In this document: positions 1-7,840 of the stretch, one piece after another
Layout: the number at the start of each line of letters is the position of its first letter
How positions within the stretch are numbered: position 1 is the first letter of the stretch
Assembly (NCBI GenBank): GCA_945948185.1
Contig: CAMFAL010000001.1
Coordinates: forward strand, 95-64,094
Reading direction: 5' to 3'
Length of the DNA: 64,000 bases
From: an uncultured Clostridia bacterium
GTDB taxonomy: Bacteria > Bacillota > Clostridia > Oscillospirales > Oscillospiraceae
Notes under the pieces: generated by a model
Seen by the model: only the letters and a program-made list of their open reading frames with translations
Databases searched by the model: none
Told to the model about the DNA's origin: nothing
Position numbers and translations under genes: made by a program

Positions 1-4
1 CGGT

Positions 5-183
5 TGTCGAATTGCGTCCCATGGTGGGATTGATTTCCGCCCCCGGCGGAAATCAATCCCCTATTGCCTGGGAGCGTTCACGCTCCCAGGCGGTGGTCGA
101 AATTAGTCTCGATTCGAGACTAATTTCGACCAAAACCTCCCTTAAAATAAGGGAAGTTTTCAAGGCCGTGTAGGGCTTGAAAA
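5..183. repeat. Cluster of abutting inverted repeats (hairpins)
   Basis: Perfect IRs at 26-41/45-60 (16 bp), 66-77/80-91 (12 bp) and 94-112/114-132 (19 bp). Imperfect IRs at 132-160 and 157-183. Confidence 0.9.
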
Positions 184-205
184 GGTTGCTTTTCCTTCAT
201 TTCTG

Positions 206-224
206 TGATACTATTTTGATACTA
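206..224. repeat. Tandem TGATACTA direct repeat (integrase arm-type site-like)
   Basis: TGATACTA at 206 and 217, 11 bp period; same geometry as the CGTACTA pairs at 448 and 2410. Confidence 0.45.
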
Positions 225-397
225 AGAAAACGAGGTGCCCCGAATAACGGGGAAAATATTAACATATTTGCGAATGCTTTACCCGTGAAATCACCTCGAA
301 TACGCTCCCATATATTTGAATTTGCCGAGTGGGAATAAGAACCATTTTCCTGAACTCTCTGAATTAGTTTGGAAATCAAAAGAATATAAAAGGAAAG

Positions 398-434
398 CCA
401 CGAAACACAGCGAAAAATGTTCTGTGTTTCGTGG
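398..434. terminator. Hairpin downstream of the integrase relic (terminator or att-associated)
   Basis: ccacgaaacacag / ctgtgtttcgtgg, 13-bp perfect stem flanked by A- and T-rich runs. Confidence 0.6.
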
Positions 435-447
435 TTCTTTTTGCCGC

Positions 448-465
448 CGTACTATAATCGTACTA
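448..465. repeat. Tandem CGTACTA direct repeat (integrase arm-type site-like)
   Basis: CGTACTA at 448 and 459, just beyond the integrase stop; recurs at 2410/2421. Confidence 0.55.
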
Positions 466-498
466 TTTGCGAAAAAGTACGCTGAATTTTTAGACCTG

Positions 499-792
499 TT
501 AAGGTTCGCTGAAATCTGCATGAGCTTCTTCAATTAAGGCGGCAACTTCTGAATGCTTGTTCGGGTAAAGGTGGCTATATGTCTGAAGTGTGGTTTCTAT
601 GTTCTCATGGCCTAGCCGGTCAGCAATCAGCAAAGGTGAAAAACCTTTTTCAATTAAGAAGGAAGCGTGAGAGTGTCGTAAATCATGAATTCTAATTCGC
701 TTAATCCCGGACTTCTTACACCCCCGGATCATTTCATGTAGAAGATAATGCTTCGTCTGACCGAACAGCCGCCCGGTGGGATCAGTTACATA
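499..792 (-). pseudogene. C-terminal fragment of a tyrosine recombinase/integrase
   Basis: RIHDLRHSHAS, RLGH and TYSH catalytic motifs. The frame stays open upstream (YVTDPTGRLFGQTKHYLLHEM) up to the IS21 end at 793. Confidence 0.9.
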
Positions 793-1545
793 TGTTATCG
801 CCGGAGTATAATAGACCGCAAACGCCGGGCAAAAATTGACCCACGCCTAAAGAACGGCTATCTTAAAAGTGTGTCGAATACTTTTAAGGGAGATGGCCGA
901 ATGATTAGGAGTGGGCTGATACTTATGATAAAAGACTTAGCGGGAAAAGACAAGAGCGCATACGCAATCGGCCAGGAAATTGGGGTATCCAAGAACACCG
1001 CCCGGAAATACATGACGCAGTCAGCACAGCCTCATGGATTGAAGGGGATAAAGAGAGGCTCCAAATTGGATCCTTACAAGGCACAGTTGGATGGTTGGAT
1101 GCGGCAAGGCGTCTTCAACTGTGTGGTGCTGATGGAGCGGCTGCGGGCGATGGGGTATGACGGCGGGATGAGTATCCTGAAAGAATATGTTCACCCGTAC
1201 CGGCCAGCGAAATCTGCGCCTGCGGTACGGCGCTATGAGACACCCAGCGGCAAGCAAGCGCAGATGGATTGGGGAATTTGTCAGTACCTGGACCAAAACG
1301 GTGTGCTGCACAAAGTCGCTGTTTTCGTGATGATATTGGGACATTCCCGTGCCAAGTACATCGAGTTTGTGAGCCGCTGTGACCTGCGCAGCATGGAACG
1401 GTGTATGCTGAACGCTTTTCTGTATTTCGGCGGTGTACCCAAGGAGGTACTCACCGACAACATGAAGACGGTGGTTGCCGGGCGAGAGGCCGGCAAGGTG
1501 ATCTGGAACACGCAATTTGCCGACTTTGCAGCAGAGATAGGCTTT
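793..1545 (+). mobile_element. Truncated IS21-family element (left end and 5' part of istA)
   Basis: Starts TGTTATCGCCGG with an internal repeat (cgccgg..aat.gacc twice). IstA-like HTH, RYETPSGKQAQMDWG and LTDNMK motifs. No third catalytic E, no istB and no right end. Confidence 0.85.
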
Positions 1546-1920
1546 GTTTACAGATGCCCCAAATGTGGCCATGAAGAACAACTGCTTACTGGTATAGGCT
1601 TCATGGCCCAGCAGGAAGCCGCCACAGAGTGCGAAAACATTTTGGCGGGTATCTATGGCCCCAAGGTTAAAACCGCCCTTGTAGCCCATCCTGAATCCGC
1701 TGTGAGCGTGGAAAGGGCCGTATACCAATGCGGAGCCTGCGGCAAGCTGGAAAGCCGCTTGGCGGTCAAAGTATCGGCCCCTGTTCGGGTTTCAATTCAC
1801 CAACACTGTGATTGTGGGAAAATCATGCACCGAATCAGAGCAGGTGAAGAAATGTTTTGCCCGGTGTGTCTGGAACCATTGAAGGAAACCAATATTGTGA
1901 GCGCTATTCTGTGGGATTGA
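901..1920 (+). CDS. Chimeric ORF: truncated IstA fused in frame to a Cys-rich zinc-ribbon protein
   Basis: IstA similarity stops at FAAEIGF; then CPKC, CGAC, HCDC and CPVC motifs follow. Confidence 0.7.
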   Translation: MIRSGLILMIKDLAGKDKSAYAIGQEIGVSKNTARKYMTQSAQPHGLKGIKRGSKLDPYKAQLDGWMRQGVFNCVVLMERLRAMGYDGGMSILKEYVHPYRPAKSAPAVRRYETPSGKQAQMDWGICQYLDQNGVLHKVAVFVMILGHSRAKYIEFVSRCDLRSMERCMLNAFLYFGGVPKEVLTDNMKTVVAGREAGKVIWNTQFADFAAEIGFVYRCPKCGHEEQLLTGIGFMAQQEAATECENILAGIYGPKVKTALVAHPESAVSVERAVYQCGACGKLESRLAVKVSAPVRVSIHQHCDCGKIMHRIRAGEEMFCPVCLEPLKETNIVSAILWD

Positions 1921-1954
1921 TTGAAGGGGGTGTGATCATGGATCAGGCAAAATT

Positions 1955-2386
1955 ATGGAGTATGCAAAATCAGAAGGCTATGATGGTGCTGAATACTTGG
2001 GGCGGTATCATGACTTCTTCTGCTATGCGCCGTTCTATGATCTTCCGGTTGGTGAAGCTGTTCCCCCAACCGGGTTGCCCTGTCTGATCTTGGTGGATCA
2101 GGCCGGGAACATTAACCTTTCTTCACCGGAAGAAGCTGTTCTTTATGGTGATGGAATTAGGAAACAGCTTGAAGAAGATTTTATTAGGCGCTTCGGTGGG
2201 CGGCTGTATTATGCCTGTCCTTCTGGTTGGCCCATCTATACCCACAGGGGGCGGAATTATCATTTGGATGAAGATATTGCTGACCCTGAAGCTATCATGA
2301 AAACCAGCTTGGAGCAAGGCAAAAATCTTCTGATCAAAACCTTCCCCACTGTGGATTTATACCCTGATCCTGATGCGGTATATTGA
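1955..2386 (+). CDS. Hypothetical protein (true start possibly 1938 with a 1-nt frameshift)
   Basis: 143-aa ORF; the best RBS (GAAGGGGG) precedes an out-of-frame ATG at 1938. Confidence 0.6.
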   Translation: MEYAKSEGYDGAEYLGRYHDFFCYAPFYDLPVGEAVPPTGLPCLILVDQAGNINLSSPEEAVLYGDGIRKQLEEDFIRRFGGRLYYACPSGWPIYTHRGRNYHLDEDIADPEAIMKTSLEQGKNLLIKTFPTVDLYPDPDAVY

Positions 2387-2409
2387 GTTCAGAGCGGATG
2401 AAAAAATTG

Positions 2410-2427
2410 CGTACTAAAACCGTACTA
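2410..2427. repeat. Tandem CGTACTA direct repeat (integrase arm-type site-like)
   Basis: CGTACTA at 2410 and 2421, 11 bp period. Confidence 0.55.
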
Positions 2428-2570
2428 CCAGGAGTTCAGAGATTGCTTTAGGAGTTCGTTTTGAACTGAATATCATGAACTTTTTGCCGGATTTTACCCA
2501 TATTTTCCGCAAAAGGCACACTTTTCAGCTATGTTCAGTGTAAGCGGAAACAGAGTGGGAATAATTGCAA

Positions 2571-2611
2571 AAAGCCGTCTATTCATTGCTGTGCAATGGA
2601 TAGACGGCTTT
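2571..2611. other. 19-bp hairpin at the accessory/core boundary
   Basis: aaagccgtctattcattgc-tgt-gcaatggatagacggcttt, one mismatch. Confidence 0.6.
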
Positions 2612-2624
2612 CATTTAACGAAAT

Positions 2625-2657
2625 GCCGGGGCTGACGGCAATGCCATCGGCCCCGGT
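2625..2657 (-). terminator. Putative cysK terminator
   Basis: GC-rich stem gccggggctga..tcggccccggt just after the cysK stop. Confidence 0.6.
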
Positions 2658-2670
2658 ACGGAATCAATAC

Positions 2671-3609
2671 TCAGTCCGCGAACAATGGGGTGGAAAGGTA
2701 GCGGTCGCCGGTGTCCGGCAGCAGGGCCACGATGGTCTTGCCCTTGTTCTCCGGCCGCTTGGCAAGTTCAATAGCGGCCCACACGGCGGCGCCGGAGGAG
2801 ATGCCCACCAGCACGCCCTCTTTCTTTCCGATTTTCTTGCCGGTGGCGAAGGCGTCGTCGTTCTCCACGGTGATGATCTCATCATACACGGCGGTGTTCA
2901 GCACATCCGGTACGAAGCCCGCGCCAATACCCTGAATCTTGTGAGCACCCGCAGTGCCCTTGCTCAGCACGGGAGAGGAGGCGGGCTCCACGGCCACCAC
3001 TTTCACGTTGGGGTTCTGGCTCTTCAGATACTCGCCGGTACCGGTGACGGTGCCGCCGGTGCCGACACCCGCCACGAAGATATCCACCTTGCCGTCAGTA
3101 TCCTCCCAGATCTCAGGGCCGGTGGTGGCTCTGTGGACGGCGGGGTTTGCGGGGTTCACGAACTGACCGGGGATAAAGCTGTTGGGAATCTCCTTGGCCA
3201 GTTCATCGGCCTTGGCGATGGCACCCTTCATACCCTTGGCGCCCTCGGTCAATACCAGCTCCGCGCCGTAGGCCTTCATGATCTGGCGGCGCTCCACGCT
3301 CATAGTCTCCGGCATGACGATGATGATCCGGTAGCCACGGGCGGCAGCCACAGAGGCCAGGCCGATGCCGGTGTTGCCGGAGGTGGGCTCGATGATGACG
3401 GAGCCGGGCTTCAGCAGGCCCTTGGCCTCGGCGTCGTCGATCATGGCCTTGGCGATGCGGTCTTTTACGCTGCCGGCGGGGTTGAAATACTCCAGCTTAG
3501 CCAGGACCTTGGCCTCCAGTCCTTCTTCCTTCTCAATGTGTACCAGTTCCAGCAGCGGGGTCTTGCCGATCAGCTGGTCGGCGGATGTATAGATCTTGCT
3601 CATCATCAT
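2671..3609 (-). CDS. cysK: Cysteine synthase A
   Basis: [12 protein letters not shown] lysine, [13 protein letters not shown] and HKIQGIG motifs; RBS AGGAGG. Confidence 0.97.
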   Translation of the reverse strand: MMMSKIYTSADQLIGKTPLLELVHIEKEEGLEAKVLAKLEYFNPAGSVKDRIAKAMIDDAEAKGLLKPGSVIIEPTSGNTGIGLASVAAARGYRIIIVMPETMSVERRQIMKAYGAELVLTEGAKGMKGAIAKADELAKEIPNSFIPGQFVNPANPAVHRATTGPEIWEDTDGKVDIFVAGVGTGGTVTGTGEYLKSQNPNVKVVAVEPASSPVLSKGTAGAHKIQGIGAGFVPDVLNTAVYDEIITVENDDAFATGKKIGKKEGVLVGISSGAAVWAAIELAKRPENKGKTIVALLPDTGDRYLSTPLFAD

Positions 3610-3661
3610 TTCCTCCTGAATATCATTTTACATGTGTCAAAATAAATACGGTTTGCCGTGA

Positions 3662-3706
3662 TCATGGACAGCGGCAACATCGCAGATTCATCAATTCGTA
3701 TTTCAT
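3662..3706 (-). CDS. Putative Cys-rich leader peptide MKYELMNLRCCRCP
   Basis: 14-codon uORF between the consensus promoter and cysK; three Cys in the last five codons; weak RBS. Confidence 0.6.
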   Translation of the reverse strand: MKYELMNLRCCRCP

Positions 3707-3707
3707 G

Positions 3708-3767
3708 TATTACCAATCTATCAAGTAGGTTAATGTGGATTATAGTCTATGCACATGCATTTGTCAA
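3708..3767 (-). promoter_or_regulatory. cysK sigma-A promoter and operator
   Basis: TTGACA (3767-3762)-17 bp-TATAAT (3744-3739). Operator ATTAACC-N13-GGTAATA at 3708-3734. Confidence 0.85.
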
Positions 3768-3790
3768 GTGGTCTTTTCAAAATTTTTCCG

Positions 3791-3827
3791 TTGATTCCCT
3801 ATTAACCATGCTGTATAATAGGTTTAT
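3791..3827 (+). promoter_or_regulatory. Rrf2 gene promoter with overlapping operator
   Basis: TTGATT-17 bp-TATAAT (3791-3819). ATTAACC-N13-GGTTTAT at 3801-3827. Confidence 0.8.
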
Positions 3828-3848
3828 TAAAGTTTGGAGGGATCTGAT

Positions 3849-4280
3849 ATGCTGATTTCCACAAAGGGCCGTTATGCGCTGCGGGTCATGATCGACCTGG
3901 CAGAACACCAGGCAGACGGATTCGTCCCCCTGAAGGTGATCGCGGAGCGGCAGGAAATCTCGGAAAAGTATTTGGAAAGCATCATTAAGCTCCTGGTGAA
4001 GGCCAAGCTTCTCAACGGCTTGCGGGGCAAGGGCGGCGGCTACCAGCTGACCAAGACCCCGGAGCAGTATACGGCGGGTGACATTCTGCGGCTGACGGAG
4101 GACTCCTTGGCGCCGGTCTCCTGTCTGCAGCCGGGCGCATCTGCTTGTTCCCTGGCGGCGGAGTGCCGCACTCTTTCCCTGTGGCAGGGGCTGGACAAGG
4201 TCATCAGTGACTATCTGGATCACATCACCATCGCAGACCTGATGAAAAAGGATGCCTCCGGAGATTTTTACGTGATCTGA
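3849..4280 (+). CDS. Rrf2-family transcriptional regulator (CymR/IscR-like)
   Basis: STKGRYALR, ISEKYLE and RGKGGGY motifs; three C-terminal Cys; RBS GGAGG. Confidence 0.95.
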   Translation: MLISTKGRYALRVMIDLAEHQADGFVPLKVIAERQEISEKYLESIIKLLVKAKLLNGLRGKGGGYQLTKTPEQYTAGDILRLTEDSLAPVSCLQPGASACSLAAECRTLSLWQGLDKVISDYLDHITIADLMKKDASGDFYVI

Positions 4281-4294
4281 TCAACATAAGAACG

Positions 4295-4326
4295 CAAGCC
4301 GGTGAGGAGAATTCCTCACCGGCTTG
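4295..4326. terminator. Hairpin between the convergent Rrf2 and sulfhydrylase genes
   Basis: caagccggtgagga / tcctcaccggcttg perfect stem. Confidence 0.75.
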
Positions 4327-4405
4327 TGCCGTGAACCGGAGTTTTTTGGCTTGCCTTCTCAGACACACGCCTCCCCACCCCATCCTTGACAGGTCTCAAG
4401 GGCCG

Positions 4406-5689
4406 TCACTTCACCGCCGCAAATCCCTTTTCCAGGTCGGCGATGATGTCGTCGATATGCTCCGTGCCGATGGAGAGACGGATGGTGTTGGGTTTGATGC
4501 CCTGGTCCAGAAGTTCCTCGGGGCTTAACTGGGAGTGGGTGGTGGTAGCCGGGTGGATGACCAGAGACTTCACATCCGCCACGTTGGCCAGCAAAGAGAA
4601 TATCTCCAGATTGTCGATAAATTTGTGGGCCTCTTCCTGGCCGCCCTTGATCTCAAAGGTAAAGATGGACGCGCCGCCGTTGGGCAAGTATTTCTCGTAC
4701 AGGGCGTGGTCGGGATGGTCAGGCAGGCTGGGGTGGTTCACATGCTCTACCTGGGGATGGTTCGCCAGGAACTCCACAACCTTCTTCGTGTTCGACCCAT
4801 GGCGGTCCAGGCGCAGAGAGAGGGTTTCCACGCCCTGGAGCAGCAGGAACGCGTTGAAGGGAGAGATTGCGGCGCCGGTATCCCGCAGCAGAATGGCCCG
4901 GATGTAGGTGACAAAAGCGGCGGGACCGGCGGCATCCACGGAGGAGACGCCGTGGTAGCTGGGATTGGGTTCCGCGATGGGGGCATACTTGCCGCTGGCC
5001 TTCCAGTCAAACTTGCCGGAGTCCACGATGATGCCGCCCAGGGTGGTGCCGTGGCCGCCGATGAACTTGGTGGCGGAGTGGACCACGATGTCCGCGCCGT
5101 GCTCAATAGGCCGGATCAGGTAGGGGGTTCCGAAGGTGTTGTCAATGACCAGGGGCAAGCCGTGCTTGTGGGCGATGGCGGCGATGGCGGCGATGGCGGG
5201 GATATCGCTGTTGGGGTTGCCCAGGGTCTCCAGATAGATGGCCTTGGTGTTGTCCTGAATGGCGTTTTCCACCTCCGCCAGATCACGGGCGTTCACGAAG
5301 GTGGTGGTCACGCCGAACTGGGGCAGGGTATGGGCCAACAGGTTGAAGCTGCCGCCGTAGATGGTCTTCTGGGCCACGATGTGGTCTCCCGCCTGGGCCA
5401 GGGCCTGGATGGTGTAAGTAATGGCCGCGGCGCCGGAAGCCAGCGCCAGAGCCGCCACGCCGCCCTCCAATGCCGCGATGCGCTTTTCCAGCACGTCCTG
5501 GGTGGAGTTGGTCAGACGGCCGTAGATATTGCCGGCGTCTGCCAGGCCGAACCGGGCGGCGGCGTGGGCGGAATTGTGAAAGACATAGGAAGTGGTCTGG
5601 TAAATGGGGACGGCGCGGGAATCGGTGGCGGGGTCGGGCTGTTCCTGACCGACGTGAAGCTGCAGGGTCTCAAATTTATAGTTACTCAT
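4406..5689 (-). CDS. metY: O-acetylhomoserine/O-acetylserine sulfhydrylase (MetY family)
   Basis: AVPIYQTTSY, DNTF, HSATKFIGGHG (PLP lysine), ANVADVKSLVIHPATTTH. Confidence 0.93.
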   Translation of the reverse strand: MSNYKFETLQLHVGQEQPDPATDSRAVPIYQTTSYVFHNSAHAAARFGLADAGNIYGRLTNSTQDVLEKRIAALEGGVAALALASGAAAITYTIQALAQAGDHIVAQKTIYGGSFNLLAHTLPQFGVTTTFVNARDLAEVENAIQDNTKAIYLETLGNPNSDIPAIAAIAAIAHKHGLPLVIDNTFGTPYLIRPIEHGADIVVHSATKFIGGHGTTLGGIIVDSGKFDWKASGKYAPIAEPNPSYHGVSSVDAAGPAAFVTYIRAILLRDTGAAISPFNAFLLLQGVETLSLRLDRHGSNTKKVVEFLANHPQVEHVNHPSLPDHPDHALYEKYLPNGGASIFTFEIKGGQEEAHKFIDNLEIFSLLANVADVKSLVIHPATTTHSQLSPEELLDQGIKPNTIRLSIGTEHIDDIIADLEKGFAAVK

Positions 5690-5730
5690 GGTAAATACCT
5701 CTTTCGTGTTAGAATTTAAATTTGGGTACG

Positions 5731-5763
5731 AAAAAATCCGGGGCGAACTTCGCTCCCGGACTG
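5731..5763 (-). terminator. Leader (attenuator) terminator upstream of metY
   Basis: tccggg(a)gcgaa-g-ttcgccccgga followed by six T, about 40 nt before the start codon. Confidence 0.85.
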
Positions 5764-5797
5764 CGTATGGCCAAATCGAGGTCCACTCATAAAATAC

Positions 5798-5917
5798 TTA
5801 GTGGACAATGGGCGCATCGAAGCACCCGGCCATCTCAACAGTCCGGGAGTTCAGCATTCGGCCACAGCGGAAATTGCTGCGCAGCAGCTTTGTGAAGGTA
5901 TTCAACAACATCATCAT
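5798..5917 (-). CDS. Putative leader peptide MMMLLNTFTKLLRSNFRCGRMLNSRTVEMAGCFDAPIVH
   Basis: 39-aa uORF with GAGG RBS, 5 Met and 2 Cys; contains an 11-nt perfect complement of the terminator 5' arm. Confidence 0.7.
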   Translation of the reverse strand: MMMLLNTFTKLLRSNFRCGRMLNSRTVEMAGCFDAPIVH

Positions 5918-5930
5918 ACGCCTCTATTCC

Positions 5931-5992
5931 ATTAACCTATTATTCTTGTTGGTTTATTGGATTAAAATACCACCAACCGTCCATTTTGTCAA
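5931..5992 (-). promoter_or_regulatory. metY promoter and operator
   Basis: TTGACA-17 bp-TATTTT with extended TG. Operator reads ATTAACC-N13-GGTTTAT on + at 5931-5957. Confidence 0.8.
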
Positions 5993-6029
5993 GAAGATTT
6001 TTTATGATTTCAGGTCCATGGACAGACTA

Positions 6030-6060
6030 ACTGCCCCGGACGCGATGCGTCCGGGGCAGT
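6030..6060 (-). terminator. Hairpin after dehydrogenase operon A
   Basis: actgccccggacgc / gcgtccggggcagt. Confidence 0.7.
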
Positions 6061-6084
6061 CCCATCACAGCTTTCTTGCAGCTT

Positions 6085-7824
6085 TTACTTGTTAGAGGTA
6101 TGGATGGCGCGCTTCTCGGCCTGTAGGGCGGCCTCCCGCATGGTCTCGGTGACGGTGGGATGGCTGTGGATGGTGTTGATGATCTCATCCAGGGTCATCT
6201 CCTCGCCGATGGCCAGAGCACCCTCAGCGATCAGGTCAGTGGCACGGGGTCCAATGATGTGCATACCCAGAATCTCGCCGTACTCCTTGCCGGCGATGAT
6301 CTTCACCAGGCCTTCGCCGCCGTTGAGGATCAGAGCCTTGCCGTTGGCGCTCATGGGGAACTTACCAACCTTGTACTCAATACCCTGAGCCTTGCACTGC
6401 TCCTCGGTCAGGCCAACGGAAGCAGCCTCGGGCTCGATGTACACGCAGGTGGGGTTGGTCTTTTCGTCGTAGGTAGCTTCCATGCCGCAGATGTTCTCGG
6501 CAGCCACCTCGCCCATGGCGGAGGCGGTGTGCGCCAGCTGGGCGTGGCCCATGACGCAGTCGCCGATGGCATAGACGCCGGGGACGTTGGTCTGCATCTT
6601 GTCGTTGACGATGATGCGGCCGCGGTCGTTGTCGATGCCGCCGGCTTCCAGGTTCAGGGAAGCGGTGTTGGCACGGCGGCCGATGGCCACCAGGATCTTC
6701 TCCGCCTCAAAGCTGACGGTCTCGCCGGCCTTGTTCTTGCAGACCACCTTGGCGCCCACGGGAGAGGTCTCAACGGACTGCACGGGGCACTCCAGATTGA
6801 ATTCCATGCCCATCTTCTTCATGTGGGCCACGCCGATCTTGGTCAGGTCGCCGTCCAGCATGGGCAGCATGTGGTCCATGGCTTCCACCACGGTGATTTT
6901 GGTACCGAAGGCAGCATAGGCACAGGCCAGCTCCAGGCCGATGACGCCGCCGCCGATGACCACCATGGTCTTGGGCAGCTTCTCCAGGCTCAGAGCGCCG
7001 GTGGAGTCGATGCAGTTGGGGTTCTCCTTCAGGCCGGGAATGGGAGGCTGAGAGTTGACAGAGCCGGTAGCCACGATGATGGCGTCCGCAGTCATCTCCT
7101 CGGTGGTACCGTCAGCCTTCTTGACAGACAGCTTGCCGGGAGCGGTGAAGGTGGCCTCGCCGTCGATCTTCTTGACCTTGTTCATCTTCAGCAGGCCGGC
7201 AACGCCGCCGGTCAGCTTGGCGGAGATGTCGTTCTTGTGCTTGATGACCTGGGGGAAGTCCACTTCCACGCCGGAGACCTTGACGCCAATGTCGGGGCCC
7301 TGGTCCTTGATCTGGGAAATCAGCTCAGCGGAGTGCAGCAGGCACTTGGTGGGGATGCAGCCCACGTTCAGGCAGGTGCCGCCCAGGTGCTCCTTCTCGA
7401 TGACGGTGACCTTGGCGCCCAGCTGAGCGGCGCGGATGGCAGCCACATAGCCGCCGGGGCCGCCGCCGATGACGATGACGCTGGTGTCAGCGGCCGCCTT
7501 GGCGGGAGCGGCGGGGGCAGCGGGAGCGAAGGGCACGGCAGGAGCAGCAGGGGCTGCCGCGGGAGCGGCGCCGCCGATCTGCTCGCCGGGCTGGCCGATC
7601 CATGCCAGGGTGCCCTTGACGGGCACATCGTCGCCCTCCTGGGCCACAATCTTCAGCATGGTGCCTTCCACCTCGCTGGCGACCTCATTGGTCAGCTTGT
7701 CGGTGGTGATCTCCACGACCACATCGCCGACCTTGATGGTATCGCCCTCCTGCTTGACCCACTTGGAGACAGTACCCTCCTCCATGGTCAGGCCCAGCTG
7801 GGGCATTTTCAGTTCGTAAGCCAT
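6085..7824 (-). CDS. lpdA: Dihydrolipoyl dehydrogenase (E3) with an N-terminal lipoyl domain
   Basis: TTDKL lipoyl motif, GGGPGG, GGTCLNVGCIPTK, GGGVIG and HSHPT. Confidence 0.96.
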   Translation of the reverse strand: MAYELKMPQLGLTMEEGTVSKWVKQEGDTIKVGDVVVEITTDKLTNEVASEVEGTMLKIVAQEGDDVPVKGTLAWIGQPGEQIGGAAPAAAPAAPAVPFAPAAPAAPAKAAADTSVIVIGGGPGGYVAAIRAAQLGAKVTVIEKEHLGGTCLNVGCIPTKCLLHSAELISQIKDQGPDIGVKVSGVEVDFPQVIKHKNDISAKLTGGVAGLLKMNKVKKIDGEATFTAPGKLSVKKADGTTEEMTADAIIVATGSVNSQPPIPGLKENPNCIDSTGALSLEKLPKTMVVIGGGVIGLELACAYAAFGTKITVVEAMDHMLPMLDGDLTKIGVAHMKKMGMEFNLECPVQSVETSPVGAKVVCKNKAGETVSFEAEKILVAIGRRANTASLNLEAGGIDNDRGRIIVNDKMQTNVPGVYAIGDCVMGHAQLAHTASAMGEVAAENICGMEATYDEKTNPTCVYIEPEAASVGLTEEQCKAQGIEYKVGKFPMSANGKALILNGGEGLVKIIAGKEYGEILGMHIIGPRATDLIAEGALAIGEEMTLDEIINTIHSHPTVTETMREAALQAEKRAIHTSNK

Positions 7825-7840
7825 TGGTATGTTCCTCCCC

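Noticed and set aside
5-183. CRISPR or TIGR array interpretation of the hairpins
   Set aside because: No identical repeats with unique spacers, no recognisable conserved boxes, and no cas or Nop-domain gene in the window.
197-537. Short ORFs in the AT-rich left region
   Set aside because: No RBS or motifs; they overlap hairpin and repeat sites.
748-900. N-terminal extension of the IstA ORF
   Set aside because: It crosses the integrase relic and the IS terminal repeat; the plausible start is 901.
5171-5197. Three perfect 9-bp repeats (ggcgatggc) in metY
   Set aside because: In frame (AIAAIAAIA), so not an on/off phase switch.
5690-5930. SAM-I or T-box riboswitch upstream of metY
   Set aside because: Neither the S-box core nor the T-box GGTGGTACCGCG motif is visible on the coding strand.
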